Source: Thermoplasmatota archaeon (GTDB taxonomy: Archaea; Thermoplasmatota; E2; DHVEG-1). Taken from it: a stretch of DNA of 63,832 bases. The stretch lies in assembly GCA_030601705.1 (NCBI GenBank), contig JAUWBM010000002.1, positions 1-63,832 on the forward strand, read 5' to 3'. Shown piece by piece: positions 17,698 to 27,723 of the stretch; positions within the stretch are counted from its first letter, which is position 1; every line of letters begins with the position of its first letter. The notes under the pieces were generated by a model. It searched no databases. It was not told where the DNA came from and saw only the letters and a program-made list of their open reading frames with translations. Position numbers and translations under genes: made by a program.

Positions 17698-17955
17698 TTA
17701 TAAAGAAGATAATATCCGAACTGTAACTAGCACTAACAGTGTTAATATTGAGTTTGTTTTTAAGTCGAATATTCTTACCCATTCTAGTATAGCCAAAATT
17801 ACATAGGACAAAACAAGAATTACAACAAGTTGAAGAATTATTACGCCAACCGCATTCACTAAATTAGAATAATCTAGATTGAGAACTAAATCCCACATAG
17901 TAGCAAAATAAGCCAACAATCCAATTGTTATCTGAGCTTTAGTTACATCTCTCAT
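17698..17955 (-). CDS. small membrane protein (hypothetical)
   Basis: 85 aa with 2-3 predicted TM helices. Confidence 0.4.
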   Translation of the reverse strand: MRDVTKAQITIGLLAYFATMWDLVLNLDYSNLVNAVGVIILQLVVILVLSYVILAILEWVRIFDLKTNSILTLLVLVTVRILSSL

Positions 17956-18026
17956 ACGGTATAGTCAGTATTTTTTTCTTTATAAAACTTTTTAACGACA
18001 ATCAAATCTTGATTAAATAAAGGAGT

Positions 18027-18731
18027 TCATTTTAAGCTTGTTTTAATTGCTAGCTTAACTGCCTCAATCATTGTCTCCAACTCCATGCCATCAGGGTCCT
18101 GGGAAGACAAAAGCGGAACATGAATAAAACCTGCTGTTGTAGGAATTTCATACTCCTTAATAAAACCTAATGTCCCATATAATACAGCATTACACACATA
18201 CAAACCAGCAAAAAAACTCCGACGTGAAGGAATTCCCGCCTCTCTTATTTCTAACACTATTTCTTTTGTATGAAGAGGTGATAGATGAATAAAAGGGCCG
18301 CAAGGATCTAGCCTATGGGGGATAAACCACATGCTTTCGTTACGGGGCAACCACTTTAGATTTATACCACATTTTTCTACATTAATTTTATGTGTGCGGG
18401 GAGAAAGACCTATGCTTATCACAAGCAACGGGTTGTAATCAGTAATAGCCTGAGTGACAACTTCAACTGATTCATTAAAGTTTACAGGTAAAATAATACC
18501 AATTATTTCAGTCCCTTCAATATTCTGTCCATCAAGTGCCTCAGCAATCAACTGAGAAGGGTTAATCTCGTAAATATCAAAAGGTTCAAAACCTGTAACC
18601 AAAACGATCGGTGTGTTAGAGGCGAATTCGTTGCTAGTATAAAAATTTGTAAAAGTGATACCGCATGCTAAAGAAGATGCAACAGTAAGAAAAATTGTTC
18701 CTGCAATAACGATATTTCTGATTAGCCTCAT
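18027..18731 (-). CDS. pcp: pyroglutamyl peptidase I (C15) with N-terminal membrane anchor/signal
   Basis: VLVTGFEPF, catalytic Cys context GLYVCNAV, His context AGFIHVP. Hydrophobic N-terminus IVIAGTIFLTVASSLACG. Confidence 0.85.
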   Translation of the reverse strand: MRLIRNIVIAGTIFLTVASSLACGITFTNFYTSNEFASNTPIVLVTGFEPFDIYEINPSQLIAEALDGQNIEGTEIIGIILPVNFNESVEVVTQAITDYNPLLVISIGLSPRTHKINVEKCGINLKWLPRNESMWFIPHRLDPCGPFIHLSPLHTKEIVLEIREAGIPSRRSFFAGLYVCNAVLYGTLGFIKEYEIPTTAGFIHVPLLSSQDPDGMELETMIEAVKLAIKTSLK

Positions 18732-18777
18732 CTATGTTTTTATATGTTAATATCATATAAAACTATTACTATTCTTG

Positions 18778-19257
18778 TTAATTGAAGGTGATTGATATCC
18801 AAATACCCACATAGTGTGTAATAACTATGACTAATAATGCGATAGCGAGATGTTCTAAAATTGATTTCCAGGGCTTTGATTTTCTTAACTTTGCAGTGTA
18901 GTAACTAAATATACCAATAAGAGAAAAACCCCAGGCTAGACTGATGATTATTGCTGTTGAGAGTGACAGAAATAGAATAGGAATAATGAAAGATATTGAA
19001 AAAGTAAATTTGGACAAAAGAGTAGAGATTGTTGACTCCCATATCTCCCTAGTACTGTGCTTACCCTCAGATTCCTCACAGATATGAATGCCTATTGAAT
19101 CTGAAAAAGCATCGGCTATCGCTATAGTAATTATACCGCCAATAATAACGATCCTTGAATGTGTTCCAGAATGTAAACCTACAATAAGTCCAAGCGTCGT
19201 AATTATTCCTGAAGTTAGACCGAAGCTAAATCCTGTTTTCAAAGAATGTCGCATCAA
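18778..19257 (-). CDS. VIT1/CCC1-family (DUF125-like) membrane protein
   Basis: FGLTSGIITTLGLIVGL and AIADAFSDSIG motifs. About 5 TM helices. Confidence 0.6.
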   Translation of the reverse strand: MMRHSLKTGFSFGLTSGIITTLGLIVGLHSGTHSRIVIIGGIITIAIADAFSDSIGIHICEESEGKHSTREIWESTISTLLSKFTFSISFIIPILFLSLSTAIIISLAWGFSLIGIFSYYTAKLRKSKPWKSILEHLAIALLVIVITHYVGIWISITFN

Positions 19258-19487
19258 AACAGTTTAATATACTTAGATTAAATAAAGCTTTGTCAATTAC
19301 AAATTTGCATATAGGATTAATTCTAATAAGAATTACGTCAACCATTATAGACAAAAAATTATGAAAAAATTTAATTTTTAAATCCATAAAATATAGGTTA
19401 ATCAAGCTTATTAAACAGCTAGACTATTAATGATACATAGACTATAAAATGAATGAACTGATGAGAATTTAAGGCGGGTTAAGAAAG

Positions 19488-20942
19488 TTGAATGAAAATA
19501 ATGAAAAAAAAGATAGAGAGTATAAAATAATAAAAGGAAAAGTTCCCACTCTTTCCAAACGGAACATCTTTTTTATTGTATTTGCATTTTCAGTGGTTGC
19601 ATTGATTTATTTTCTTCCTGCCCCGGAAGGTTTATCTCATAACGGAAAGATTATGATTGGTATTTTACTAATGGGAGGAATTCTTTGGGTTACTGAACCA
19701 ATCCCATTAGCCGTTACTGGCCTTCTGATAATAATAATTCAGCCCATGTTGGGTATTATACCTGCAAAGGATGTTTTCTCATCATTTGGTAACCAAGCTG
19801 TATTTTTCTTAATAGGTGCTTTCATTTTGGCTGCTGCATTAGAAAAACATGGATTACATAAAAGAATAGCATTGAAATTACTAAGCTATTTTGAAAAGAG
19901 TCCTAAAATCTTTACTCTTGGAATAATGTCTTCTTGTGCATTTTTATCTTTTATAATGCCTGAGCATGGTGTAGCTGCCTTGTTTTTACCTATTGTAGCA
20001 TCTATCTTAATCGTCATGAAGATAACTCCGAGGAAAAGTAATTTTGGCAAAGTTAGCATGTTATCAATTGCATATGGGTGTTCGATCGGTAGTCTAGGTA
20101 CACTTGTAGGTGGTGCTAGAAATCCATTAACCGTGGGTATGCTTTCTGACTTAAATCCACCAATAATTGTAACTTTTTTTGACTGGATGACATATTCAAT
20201 GCCCATAGTATTTATTGCCCTACCCCTAGTTTGGATTGTTTTGCAAATCTCTTTCCCCATAGAAATAAAAAACATTACGACAGCAAAAAGAGAGATTAAT
20301 AATCAAGTAAGTATAGCAGGAAAAATGGGAAAATATGAAATAGTGGTTTTATGTATTTTAGGTCTGACTGTTTTTCTGTGGATTTTCTTTTCATCGCCAC
20401 AATATTTTGGACTTGCGGTTATTGCAATATTGGGGAGCGTCCTATTATTCTTCACAGGATGTATTACATGGAAAGATGTTGAAAAAAGAGTTCCTTGGGG
20501 AATTATATTACTATATGGTGGAGCAATAACGCTTGGAATTGGTATGCAAAAAACAGGTGCTGGAGCCTGGACAGCCCATCTCATATTTGATGTAGCAGGC
20601 AACAATCCATATCTAGTTATATTTGGGCTAATTATTTTTACAATTTTGTTAACGAATATGATGTCAAATGTAGGGGCAGTAGCAATACTGCTACCTATAG
20701 GACTTGCGATAGCAACTGAAATTCCTGGAGTGAGTCCTCTGCTCGCGTCACTAATAATTGCTCTTAGTGGAGGGTTAGCATTTATGTTCGTTATAGCTAC
20801 ACCAGGTAATGCCATTGCCTATTCCTCAGGATATTTTTCAAGCAAAGACTTGCTTAAATCAGGAGTTGTTGCAAATATTATCTGTATAGGGGTTATTTTT
20901 ACTGTAGCAATTATTTATTGGAAAGGAGTATTGGGCTTATGA
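19488..20942 (+). CDS. SLC13/DASS-family anion:sodium symporter
   Basis: 484 aa, about 12 TM helices, inverted-repeat architecture with GGARNPL- and ATPGNAI-type hairpin motifs. TTG start in the ORF track. Confidence 0.75.
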   Translation: MNENNEKKDREYKIIKGKVPTLSKRNIFFIVFAFSVVALIYFLPAPEGLSHNGKIMIGILLMGGILWVTEPIPLAVTGLLIIIIQPMLGIIPAKDVFSSFGNQAVFFLIGAFILAAALEKHGLHKRIALKLLSYFEKSPKIFTLGIMSSCAFLSFIMPEHGVAALFLPIVASILIVMKITPRKSNFGKVSMLSIAYGCSIGSLGTLVGGARNPLTVGMLSDLNPPIIVTFFDWMTYSMPIVFIALPLVWIVLQISFPIEIKNITTAKREINNQVSIAGKMGKYEIVVLCILGLTVFLWIFFSSPQYFGLAVIAILGSVLLFFTGCITWKDVEKRVPWGIILLYGGAITLGIGMQKTGAGAWTAHLIFDVAGNNPYLVIFGLIIFTILLTNMMSNVGAVAILLPIGLAIATEIPGVSPLLASLIIALSGGLAFMFVIATPGNAIAYSSGYFSSKDLLKSGVVANIICIGVIFTVAIIYWKGVLGL

Positions 20943-20984
20943 AAAATATAAATATTTTAGAGATAATGGAGGTTGTTTATTACT

Positions 20985-21842
20985 ATGTTTAAGAATATTT
21001 TAATCCCAATTTCTTCAGAGTTTTATCAAAAAGAAGTATTTCAAACTGGAGCTTTTCTAGCTGAAAAATTTAACAGTACAATGACTTTACTGTATATAAT
21101 AGAAGAAAAAACTTTAAATCAGACAGATAAACTTTCAGATGTTTATAGAACGACTCACGAAAGAGCGGAAACAAAGAAGGAGATAATTAGGAGGTATGTA
21201 CAATCAGCGGATAAAATTATTTTTGATGACGCGGAACTTTTTTTCAAGAATAAAAACGTTGCTTTTGAAGAAGAAATAATAAATGGGGAATTCAGTACAG
21301 TCATAAAAGGCCAGCTAAATAAAAAGAAATACGATTTGATCCTAATGGGTTTTGAGAAAGAATGTTTGTTAAATTACCGGCTTTTAGATGAAGTAAATAT
21401 CCCCATCTGGATAGAATCCGGCTATAAGAATAACTCCATACTTGCGGTTTGTTCCAATCTTGCTCCAAATCAAAGGGTACCAGAGGTTAGTGTTAAGCTT
21501 TCTAAACTCCTAGGATGGGGTTTAAATATGCTATATGTAGTTGATACACAAGATACTGTTGAAGTAGACGAAATGGGTAAGAGATCAGAAAAAAAACCTG
21601 AAAAAACGTTGACTGATAGAGGAAAACAATTTGTTTCTGATATGCATAAAAAAGGGATAGATGTGCGGTTGGTAAGAGGTATCTTGGAGAAAGAAACAGC
21701 TAAAGCTGCTGAAGATTTTGGAGCAAAACTTGTTATAATAGGAAGAGAGCAGAAGAAGAAAAAGATGCTAGGTTTACCAATAAAAAGTGTTAAAAGAAAA
21801 ATGGCAGAAAAATGTAGATATTCGATATTGTTTATTAATTAG
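20985..21842 (+). CDS. tandem universal stress protein
   Basis: MFKNILIPISS... and a second repeat SILAVCSN...AKLVIIGRE. Start moved to ATG 20985. Confidence 0.6.
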   Translation: MFKNILIPISSEFYQKEVFQTGAFLAEKFNSTMTLLYIIEEKTLNQTDKLSDVYRTTHERAETKKEIIRRYVQSADKIIFDDAELFFKNKNVAFEEEIINGEFSTVIKGQLNKKKYDLILMGFEKECLLNYRLLDEVNIPIWIESGYKNNSILAVCSNLAPNQRVPEVSVKLSKLLGWGLNMLYVVDTQDTVEVDEMGKRSEKKPEKTLTDRGKQFVSDMHKKGIDVRLVRGILEKETAKAAEDFGAKLVIIGREQKKKKMLGLPIKSVKRKMAEKCRYSILFIN

Positions 21843-21910
21843 TTTCTAACCATTTTTTCTATGTTTTTAGAATAAAAAGAAGAAAATGAGAGTGAATTCT
21901 CATTGAAAAC

Positions 21911-24286
21911 TTATAGCCCAAGTAGGTTTCTAAGTATTGGAAAAGCCCTTGGGAATCTCTCTAAAAACCTTAGGAACAATACATCCAGTGAACTCTTGTT
22001 CTTCGGCATGGTTACTTCGAGTGTTCCCCAGTTACTATCATAACCCCAAATGTCTTTGGCTTTTGCTCTGACTACATAAGTGCCCTTTTTATCCCAGGTG
22101 TGACTGAAGATAACTTCTTCACCGGAGGCATAAGGCCCAATCCATTCTTCCGTAGAGCCATCACCCCATTCTATGTAGTAAGTGATATTGTCACCATTTG
22201 GGTCAGTTGTCACGAAGGTATAATCATATGCCGTTCCTATGTTTCCACTGGTTGGACCGGTTATATTTGGGATATTTGGTGGATCATTTTCAATATTGCC
22301 AACTTGTATATCTTCAAGCGTGCTGAAATCTCCCCATTCGTGTTCAGCGTTATAGCCTTTTATTCTATAATAGTAAATTCCCTCAGACTTGCCATTCACC
22401 TCATAATATGGATCCACGATAGTGTTTGAAAGGGTTGTTATTGAAGCAAAATCGGCTAACGGTGAAATATCATCAACATAGAATCCTTCTTCCTGGGTCA
22501 TTGAATCAGTCGTATACCGGAAACGTATGAAGATAGATTCGTCAACATAGTCATCTAAAGCATATTCTTCATAGGACCATCCATCTGATGAACCAGTGAA
22601 TGTATCAAGTGTTTCGTAGTATCTTCCATCTCGACTTACTTCAACGATGGCGTAGTCCCATTCTAATTCGATATTGTACCAGCACCAGAATGATAATTTC
22701 ATTCCAGATGTAACTGGTAATGGAGTAACTGTGGTCATAGATGAAACATCCTCGTGAGTATAGCGAGATTTGAAGCTATGACTAGACGAATGGGATCTTA
22801 ATGTCGAAAGTGAGAAACCATCAAGTGTCCATGAATTTGAACCAGATTCAGCGTCATCAGTAACAAGGGATATGTCAGTCATCTCATCGAGTTGGAAGTA
22901 ATCCGGCTCTGCATCAGGGTTTTGTTCCTCCCAAGAGATCGTATAGTTACCATCTGGATCTGTAGTCATTTCATCGATAACAGGAGGTATCACTCTTGGT
23001 ACTACCGTGTCTCGGATATTTTCAGCCTCTTCAAGGAGATATAATGCACCGTCAAAGTTTTCAGCACAAATCTGATCAAGATAACTCGCGGATGGATGGA
23101 ACGAAGAACATGCCTCAATGGTATATGCAAAGGTTGTTCGCCCCTGGACATAATGACCATATCCATATGCCCAATCAGTTGTATCTCCCGTGGTGCCATA
23201 TAGGGTGCAACTTTGTTGGGGTGTATATGTTTCTGATCCGCTTTGGAGTGTTATTCGCGAAGCAATCTGCTGTCCAACTTGAGACATATAAGTAACATCA
23301 GGGGCAGAGCTAGGAGTGTAACCCCACGGCCACAAGACAAGTTCACCGTAAGTGTGCCACGTGATGCAGGCGCAGATATCATTCTCGAGGAATACATCGC
23401 GTATCACCTGCGTTTCAAGCTCAGACATGGGGCCAGGCCCACAATAAAGCTCATTATCAGAATGATGAGTCACGTGACCAGAACCAATTGATCCCCAAGC
23501 CCCCCAGGGATCTCCATTACTTGAGCCGCCATAATTCCGGTTTAAATCAACACCATACGTATCAAACTCGGGGAAATAATGTCGGTTCTTCCGCCAGTCG
23601 TTACCCTGGTCATGACAATAATAGTAACCATCAGGATTAACACAGGTGACAAGCCATAATCTACAATTGTCAACAACATCTGTAATATCAGGATCCGATC
23701 CATATTTGGATGTGAGTTCGTCTGCAATATGTAGGCAGATTTCGACAGTTGGCCACTCTCTTGCGTGATGGAGTCCCATAAAAAATACACCAGGTTCCCC
23801 TTCATTTACTCCAGGATTGTCAGTAATTTCTAAGCACCAAATATCACGATCTTCATAGGTTGTTCCTATGCTGTAAAGACTCGTTATATCAGGATAATCA
23901 TCTGCGATGTCTTCCAGAATATCTTCCATTTCAGCAAGGGTGTGATACTGACCCGCAACATTTCGGCCGTAAGCATCGATATCCCAAATGAGAACCGAAT
24001 AGTTAATATTAGAATCCGAAAGCTCAATGAGTCTAACCCGAGGAATAATAATATCAATCCATTCACCGGGTCTGCCTCCTACTATCTCTATGTCTCGTGG
24101 AATTGAGGCAGGTTCTTCCGTCGTATCGATTCTTACTAGAAGATTAGTAAAAAATGGATTGTAACTGTATTCATCTATAATCGTTGATTCAGATGGTTGT
24201 TTCTCGCTCCCAGTTACTGATAAAGAAGTAGTTATCAATATCGCGAAAACCAAAATGCAAATTAGTTTACTTTTCATAATAATCAT
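21911..24286 (-). CDS. secreted M14 metallocarboxypeptidase with C-terminal PKD-like domain
   Basis: Signal peptide. Zn ligands GLHHAREWPT and TWHTYGE. DLNRNY. Catalytic Glu region AYTIEA. PKD-like YYIEWGDGSTEEW...THTWDKKGTY. Confidence 0.88.
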   Translation of the reverse strand: MIIMKSKLICILVFAILITTSLSVTGSEKQPSESTIIDEYSYNPFFTNLLVRIDTTEEPASIPRDIEIVGGRPGEWIDIIIPRVRLIELSDSNINYSVLIWDIDAYGRNVAGQYHTLAEMEDILEDIADDYPDITSLYSIGTTYEDRDIWCLEITDNPGVNEGEPGVFFMGLHHAREWPTVEICLHIADELTSKYGSDPDITDVVDNCRLWLVTCVNPDGYYYCHDQGNDWRKNRHYFPEFDTYGVDLNRNYGGSSNGDPWGAWGSIGSGHVTHHSDNELYCGPGPMSELETQVIRDVFLENDICACITWHTYGELVLWPWGYTPSSAPDVTYMSQVGQQIASRITLQSGSETYTPQQSCTLYGTTGDTTDWAYGYGHYVQGRTTFAYTIEACSSFHPSASYLDQICAENFDGALYLLEEAENIRDTVVPRVIPPVIDEMTTDPDGNYTISWEEQNPDAEPDYFQLDEMTDISLVTDDAESGSNSWTLDGFSLSTLRSHSSSHSFKSRYTHEDVSSMTTVTPLPVTSGMKLSFWCWYNIELEWDYAIVEVSRDGRYYETLDTFTGSSDGWSYEEYALDDYVDESIFIRFRYTTDSMTQEEGFYVDDISPLADFASITTLSNTIVDPYYEVNGKSEGIYYYRIKGYNAEHEWGDFSTLEDIQVGNIENDPPNIPNITGPTSGNIGTAYDYTFVTTDPNGDNITYYIEWGDGSTEEWIGPYASGEEVIFSHTWDKKGTYVVRAKAKDIWGYDSNWGTLEVTMPKNKSSLDVLFLRFLERFPRAFPILRNLLGL

Positions 24287-24457
24287 CTTACAATCTATTA
24301 TACTAAATATTGTATATATATACTTTATTATAATATAGATTTCCCATATTTTTGTTCACCCAATATTAAACTGAAAGATAGCCATCAATATTTGCTGTTT
24401 TGTATCTCCATTAAATAAAATAATGATGAGCCGCGTGTGTTTCGTCCTCAGGGCGTA

Positions 24458-25342
24458 TCAGTGTGGTATAGTTGTGGATTTTAACTCTCCGTGTACCTCA
24501 CCGTTTGGCATAGTGGCATCGATCTTGACGAGGTTTCCAACAGATGGTGCATAATAGTATTCAAAGAATTCACCAATTATCGATGAGATTTCCCATGCAT
24601 CAAAGGTCCCTGCTTCAACAGTAATACTTTCTTTACTCCAGCACCAAAACGCGAGGGGTGTCCATGAATAATGGATTTGAAACGTTACAGGTATCTTAAT
24701 AAGTCCAAAGATCCCGCCGAATTGTACATTCATTTCTACATCGATATCTGGTAGTGCCCAGGGTTTCAGTGCGTGTAATGGAAAATCAAAGATAGGAAAC
24801 ACAGTACTCAAATCACCATCTAGGGTTAATTTAAATGGAATTGGAAGTGGTATAGGGATTGGTGAGATTGTTGCCATGGTGATACCTTTTATTTCGGCAG
24901 AAATATCTTCAATTTCTAAGTCGGATTTGGTAAAAGTAATGGTTCCCGCCAAATGAGTTAACGTTGATTTGAATGTGCCTGTAACATATAACGTGGCAGA
25001 TGGCGAGGAAAGATAAATTTCATAATCTGCAGTGAGCTCACCGGTAAAATCTACCTTGTAGCTACTGCCGCTGGTGTCTATGACAGTCCATTTAAAATCA
25101 TCTATTTTTCCATCCATAAACATCTTTTGACCACTTTCGTCGTAATCCACGGTAAAATCGTTTATTGTAAATGTCCAACTATCACCAACATTCCAAGTAG
25201 GGACATCGTCATCAAAAGAAGTAGTTCCTTTCGATATCTGTTTAATCTTAATAGGCTCAGCTACAGCTGCAACACTCAATATCACTAGCATACAAACCAT
25301 AATTCCTAGGATTTTAGTCTTCATATTTTTCCACCATGTCAT
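24458..25342 (-). CDS. secreted beta-rich protein (hypothetical)
   Basis: Signal/anchor ILGIMVCMLVILSVAAVA. No recognisable motif. Confidence 0.5.
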   Translation of the reverse strand: MTWWKNMKTKILGIMVCMLVILSVAAVAEPIKIKQISKGTTSFDDDVPTWNVGDSWTFTINDFTVDYDESGQKMFMDGKIDDFKWTVIDTSGSSYKVDFTGELTADYEIYLSSPSATLYVTGTFKSTLTHLAGTITFTKSDLEIEDISAEIKGITMATISPIPIPLPIPFKLTLDGDLSTVFPIFDFPLHALKPWALPDIDVEMNVQFGGIFGLIKIPVTFQIHYSWTPLAFWCWSKESITVEAGTFDAWEISSIIGEFFEYYYAPSVGNLVKIDATMPNGEVHGELKSTTIPH

Positions 25343-25551
25343 ATTAATTATAAAAATATCTATTTAAATCTATCGAACGGATGATTTTTTGTAATTGTTT
25401 CAAACTACCAGTTTTATAAAGAAGAAAATGTTATTGAATTCTAGGTTAAAAAGAGATGAAAGATATGAATAAATATTTGAAAATAGGCTTGTTAGGGTTC
25501 CTATTGTGGCTGATATGAATGATATTGGAAAAAAGGTAAGGAGATAGTAAC

Positions 25552-25995
25552 ATGAAGATTTGTATTGCATATGAGTCGAAATTTGGTAATGGGAAAGGAT
25601 GTATGGAATATTTGCAAGGCGTAATGAGCAAGAAAGATCATGATGTAGAAATGTTTTCAGTTCGTGAAAGAGAACCAACATCACTACCACCGGCAGACCT
25701 TTATATATTTAGTTCACCGACCCAAATCGGTAGTCCTGCAAGGAAAATGAAAAAATTCCTCAAAAAATTGGAAATTTCGCAAGAAGGTGCAAAATACGCT
25801 CTTGTAGCAACTTGTTTGAGTTCGAATCCCAAGGCAAATACCCTGGAAAAAATGGAAAAACTACTTCAACCAAAGGATATATCTAAGATCACTGATGGTT
25901 TAATGATTAAGGTAAAAGGTATAAAAGGACCATTAGAGAGTGGTTATAAGGAGAAACTTGATACATTTGCAGAAGATATTTTGAAGTCCCTCTAA
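25552..25995 (+). CDS. flavodoxin-like protein
   Basis: MKICIAYESKFGNGK (FMN phosphate loop-like) and LYIFSSPTQIGSP. Confidence 0.55.
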   Translation: MKICIAYESKFGNGKGCMEYLQGVMSKKDHDVEMFSVREREPTSLPPADLYIFSSPTQIGSPARKMKKFLKKLEISQEGAKYALVATCLSSNPKANTLEKMEKLLQPKDISKITDGLMIKVKGIKGPLESGYKEKLDTFAEDILKSL

Positions 25996-26090
25996 TAGTA
26001 TCCTTACTTAAAAAAGACATTATTTCTGTAAAACAACACCTCATCTTCCATAACTTTTATATCTATGAACTGTAATAATATAATGAAGAA

Positions 26091-26657
26091 ATGGTAAGCA
26101 GTAACAGAAAAAAGCAACTGGATAAACAAAGAACAGAATGGAGAAAGAGACATAGAACTCTCAAAGGGAAAATTATCATTTACCCGGAGAAATCTCCAGA
26201 ACATATAAACGCTAGAGCCAGTAAGGTGTACAACTGGTTCTGGAAAAAGATACTTCTAGAAATAGAGCTGCAAGAAATTCCAGCAGTAATTTCTGGCATT
26301 AAAGATCGGATTAAAACTGAGCAGGATTCCAAAAAGATACAAGTATATCGAACAATGATCGGAATGGCAGAAGATGCATATCAGTTCAAGAAGTTGGAAG
26401 ATATTAAAGATTATGACACAGAATTGAAATTAGGAAATAGATTAGTATATAATTCGGGAGAAGGAATTATCTATAAGAGCGGGAAAACATACACAACTGA
26501 TTATAATGAAAATGAAAGTAAAATCCTTTTGCGAGATATTGAAGGAATAATTGTAGATGCCTTTTTTTCGGAAGATAAAAAACAAAGAGTCGGGATTAGA
26601 AATAACATTTATAAAAACTGGAATTATATTGAGAAAACTGGGTTCGCCAATAGATAA
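26091..26657 (+). CDS. hypothetical protein
   Basis: 188-aa ORF with a basic N-terminus and no recognisable motif. Confidence 0.4.
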   Translation: MVSSNRKKQLDKQRTEWRKRHRTLKGKIIIYPEKSPEHINARASKVYNWFWKKILLEIELQEIPAVISGIKDRIKTEQDSKKIQVYRTMIGMAEDAYQFKKLEDIKDYDTELKLGNRLVYNSGEGIIYKSGKTYTTDYNENESKILLRDIEGIIVDAFFSEDKKQRVGIRNNIYKNWNYIEKTGFANR

Positions 26658-27222
26658 TATCTTCTATTTGTATTAAATTTAAAAGTCTTTTATGATGTAT
26701 AGATTTTGAAAAAAAACGTTTTGAATAAGAATGGGGAAAACCATGAAAAATAGAACGTGGCTTTACGTCAGAAAACAGGCAAAATAAGGAAAAGTATAAA
26801 ACATGATAAAAAATTCTTTTTTTTGGTGAGATAATGGAGATGTTGTTGCAAGAGGATTGGGAAAAAACCTTTTTTTATTTAACTACGCTATCCTTAGTTT
26901 TTATTTTTGGTTGTACTCTAAGGTTTATATTGGGCTAAAGCAGTAGTTCCAAAGGTATGGAATCGCTAGATTATTTTTAACAAATGTTTTACTAAGTACA
27001 AAGAGAGAGGGGGATCGTAGAACTTTTATTTTAAGAATAGTGGTGTAGTTTAAATGGGGAAGAAGGGGGAGGTAATGAGAATGAATATTCTAAAAATTAC
27101 GGCTCATTCCCCATTCCAACTACTGTATATTTGAACATGGGATAAAAGTTCATTATATAAATCTTTCTATATAATTTTTACAATATGTTATCCCGAAATT
27201 ACTTTCTCCTGGAAGATAAGAA

Positions 27223-27684
27223 TTAGAACTGAAATTCTTTATTAAAAATTTTATCTAAAATAAATTTTCTAACGGCATTCATATCTGAATCTAGATAAAC
27301 GGCTCCAATCAAAGCTTCTAATGAGTTGGCAAGATTCGTACGATTGCTGGCTCCATTCTGTTTAATCTCACCTTTTCCCAGCAAAAGAAACTTGCCAATG
27401 CCCAAATTCTTGGCCTTATTAGCTAAAAAATTATTATTTACTCCAATAGATCTCCTGCGGGTAAGTTCACCTTCAGAGAAATATCTATTACTTTTATAAA
27501 GTTGCTCTGCTACAATAAAATTAAGAATGCTATCTCCCAAAAATTCTAAACGTTCGTTATATTCAAGAGGTATGTTTGCCTCAAAAGCATAGGTCTTATG
27601 CGTGAGAGATTCTTCTAGCAATTTTTTATTACTAAACGTATAACCTATTTTTTCCTGGAGCACTTTAAAATCATTTTTTTTCAT
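27223..27684 (-). CDS. rnc: RNase III catalytic-domain protein lacking dsRBD
   Basis: NERLEFLGDSIL signature and LEALIGAVYLD. 153 aa, ending right after the catalytic domain. LANSLEA sits where bacterial RNase III has LADxxEA. Confidence 0.85.
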   Translation of the reverse strand: MKKNDFKVLQEKIGYTFSNKKLLEESLTHKTYAFEANIPLEYNERLEFLGDSILNFIVAEQLYKSNRYFSEGELTRRRSIGVNNNFLANKAKNLGIGKFLLLGKGEIKQNGASNRTNLANSLEALIGAVYLDSDMNAVRKFILDKIFNKEFQF

Positions 27685-27723
27685 AACAAATTAGGTATAC
27701 AACATCCCTAAATTAAAGTATCA

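Noticed and set aside
21911-25342. Horizontally acquired GC-rich island around the M14 peptidase
   Set aside because: Spot counts show about 45-48 percent GC in some lines. Conserved housekeeping genes such as purL reach similar values locally, so the shift may reflect amino-acid composition (D/G/W/Y/T-rich exoproteins). I cannot establish it without a computed GC or codon profile.
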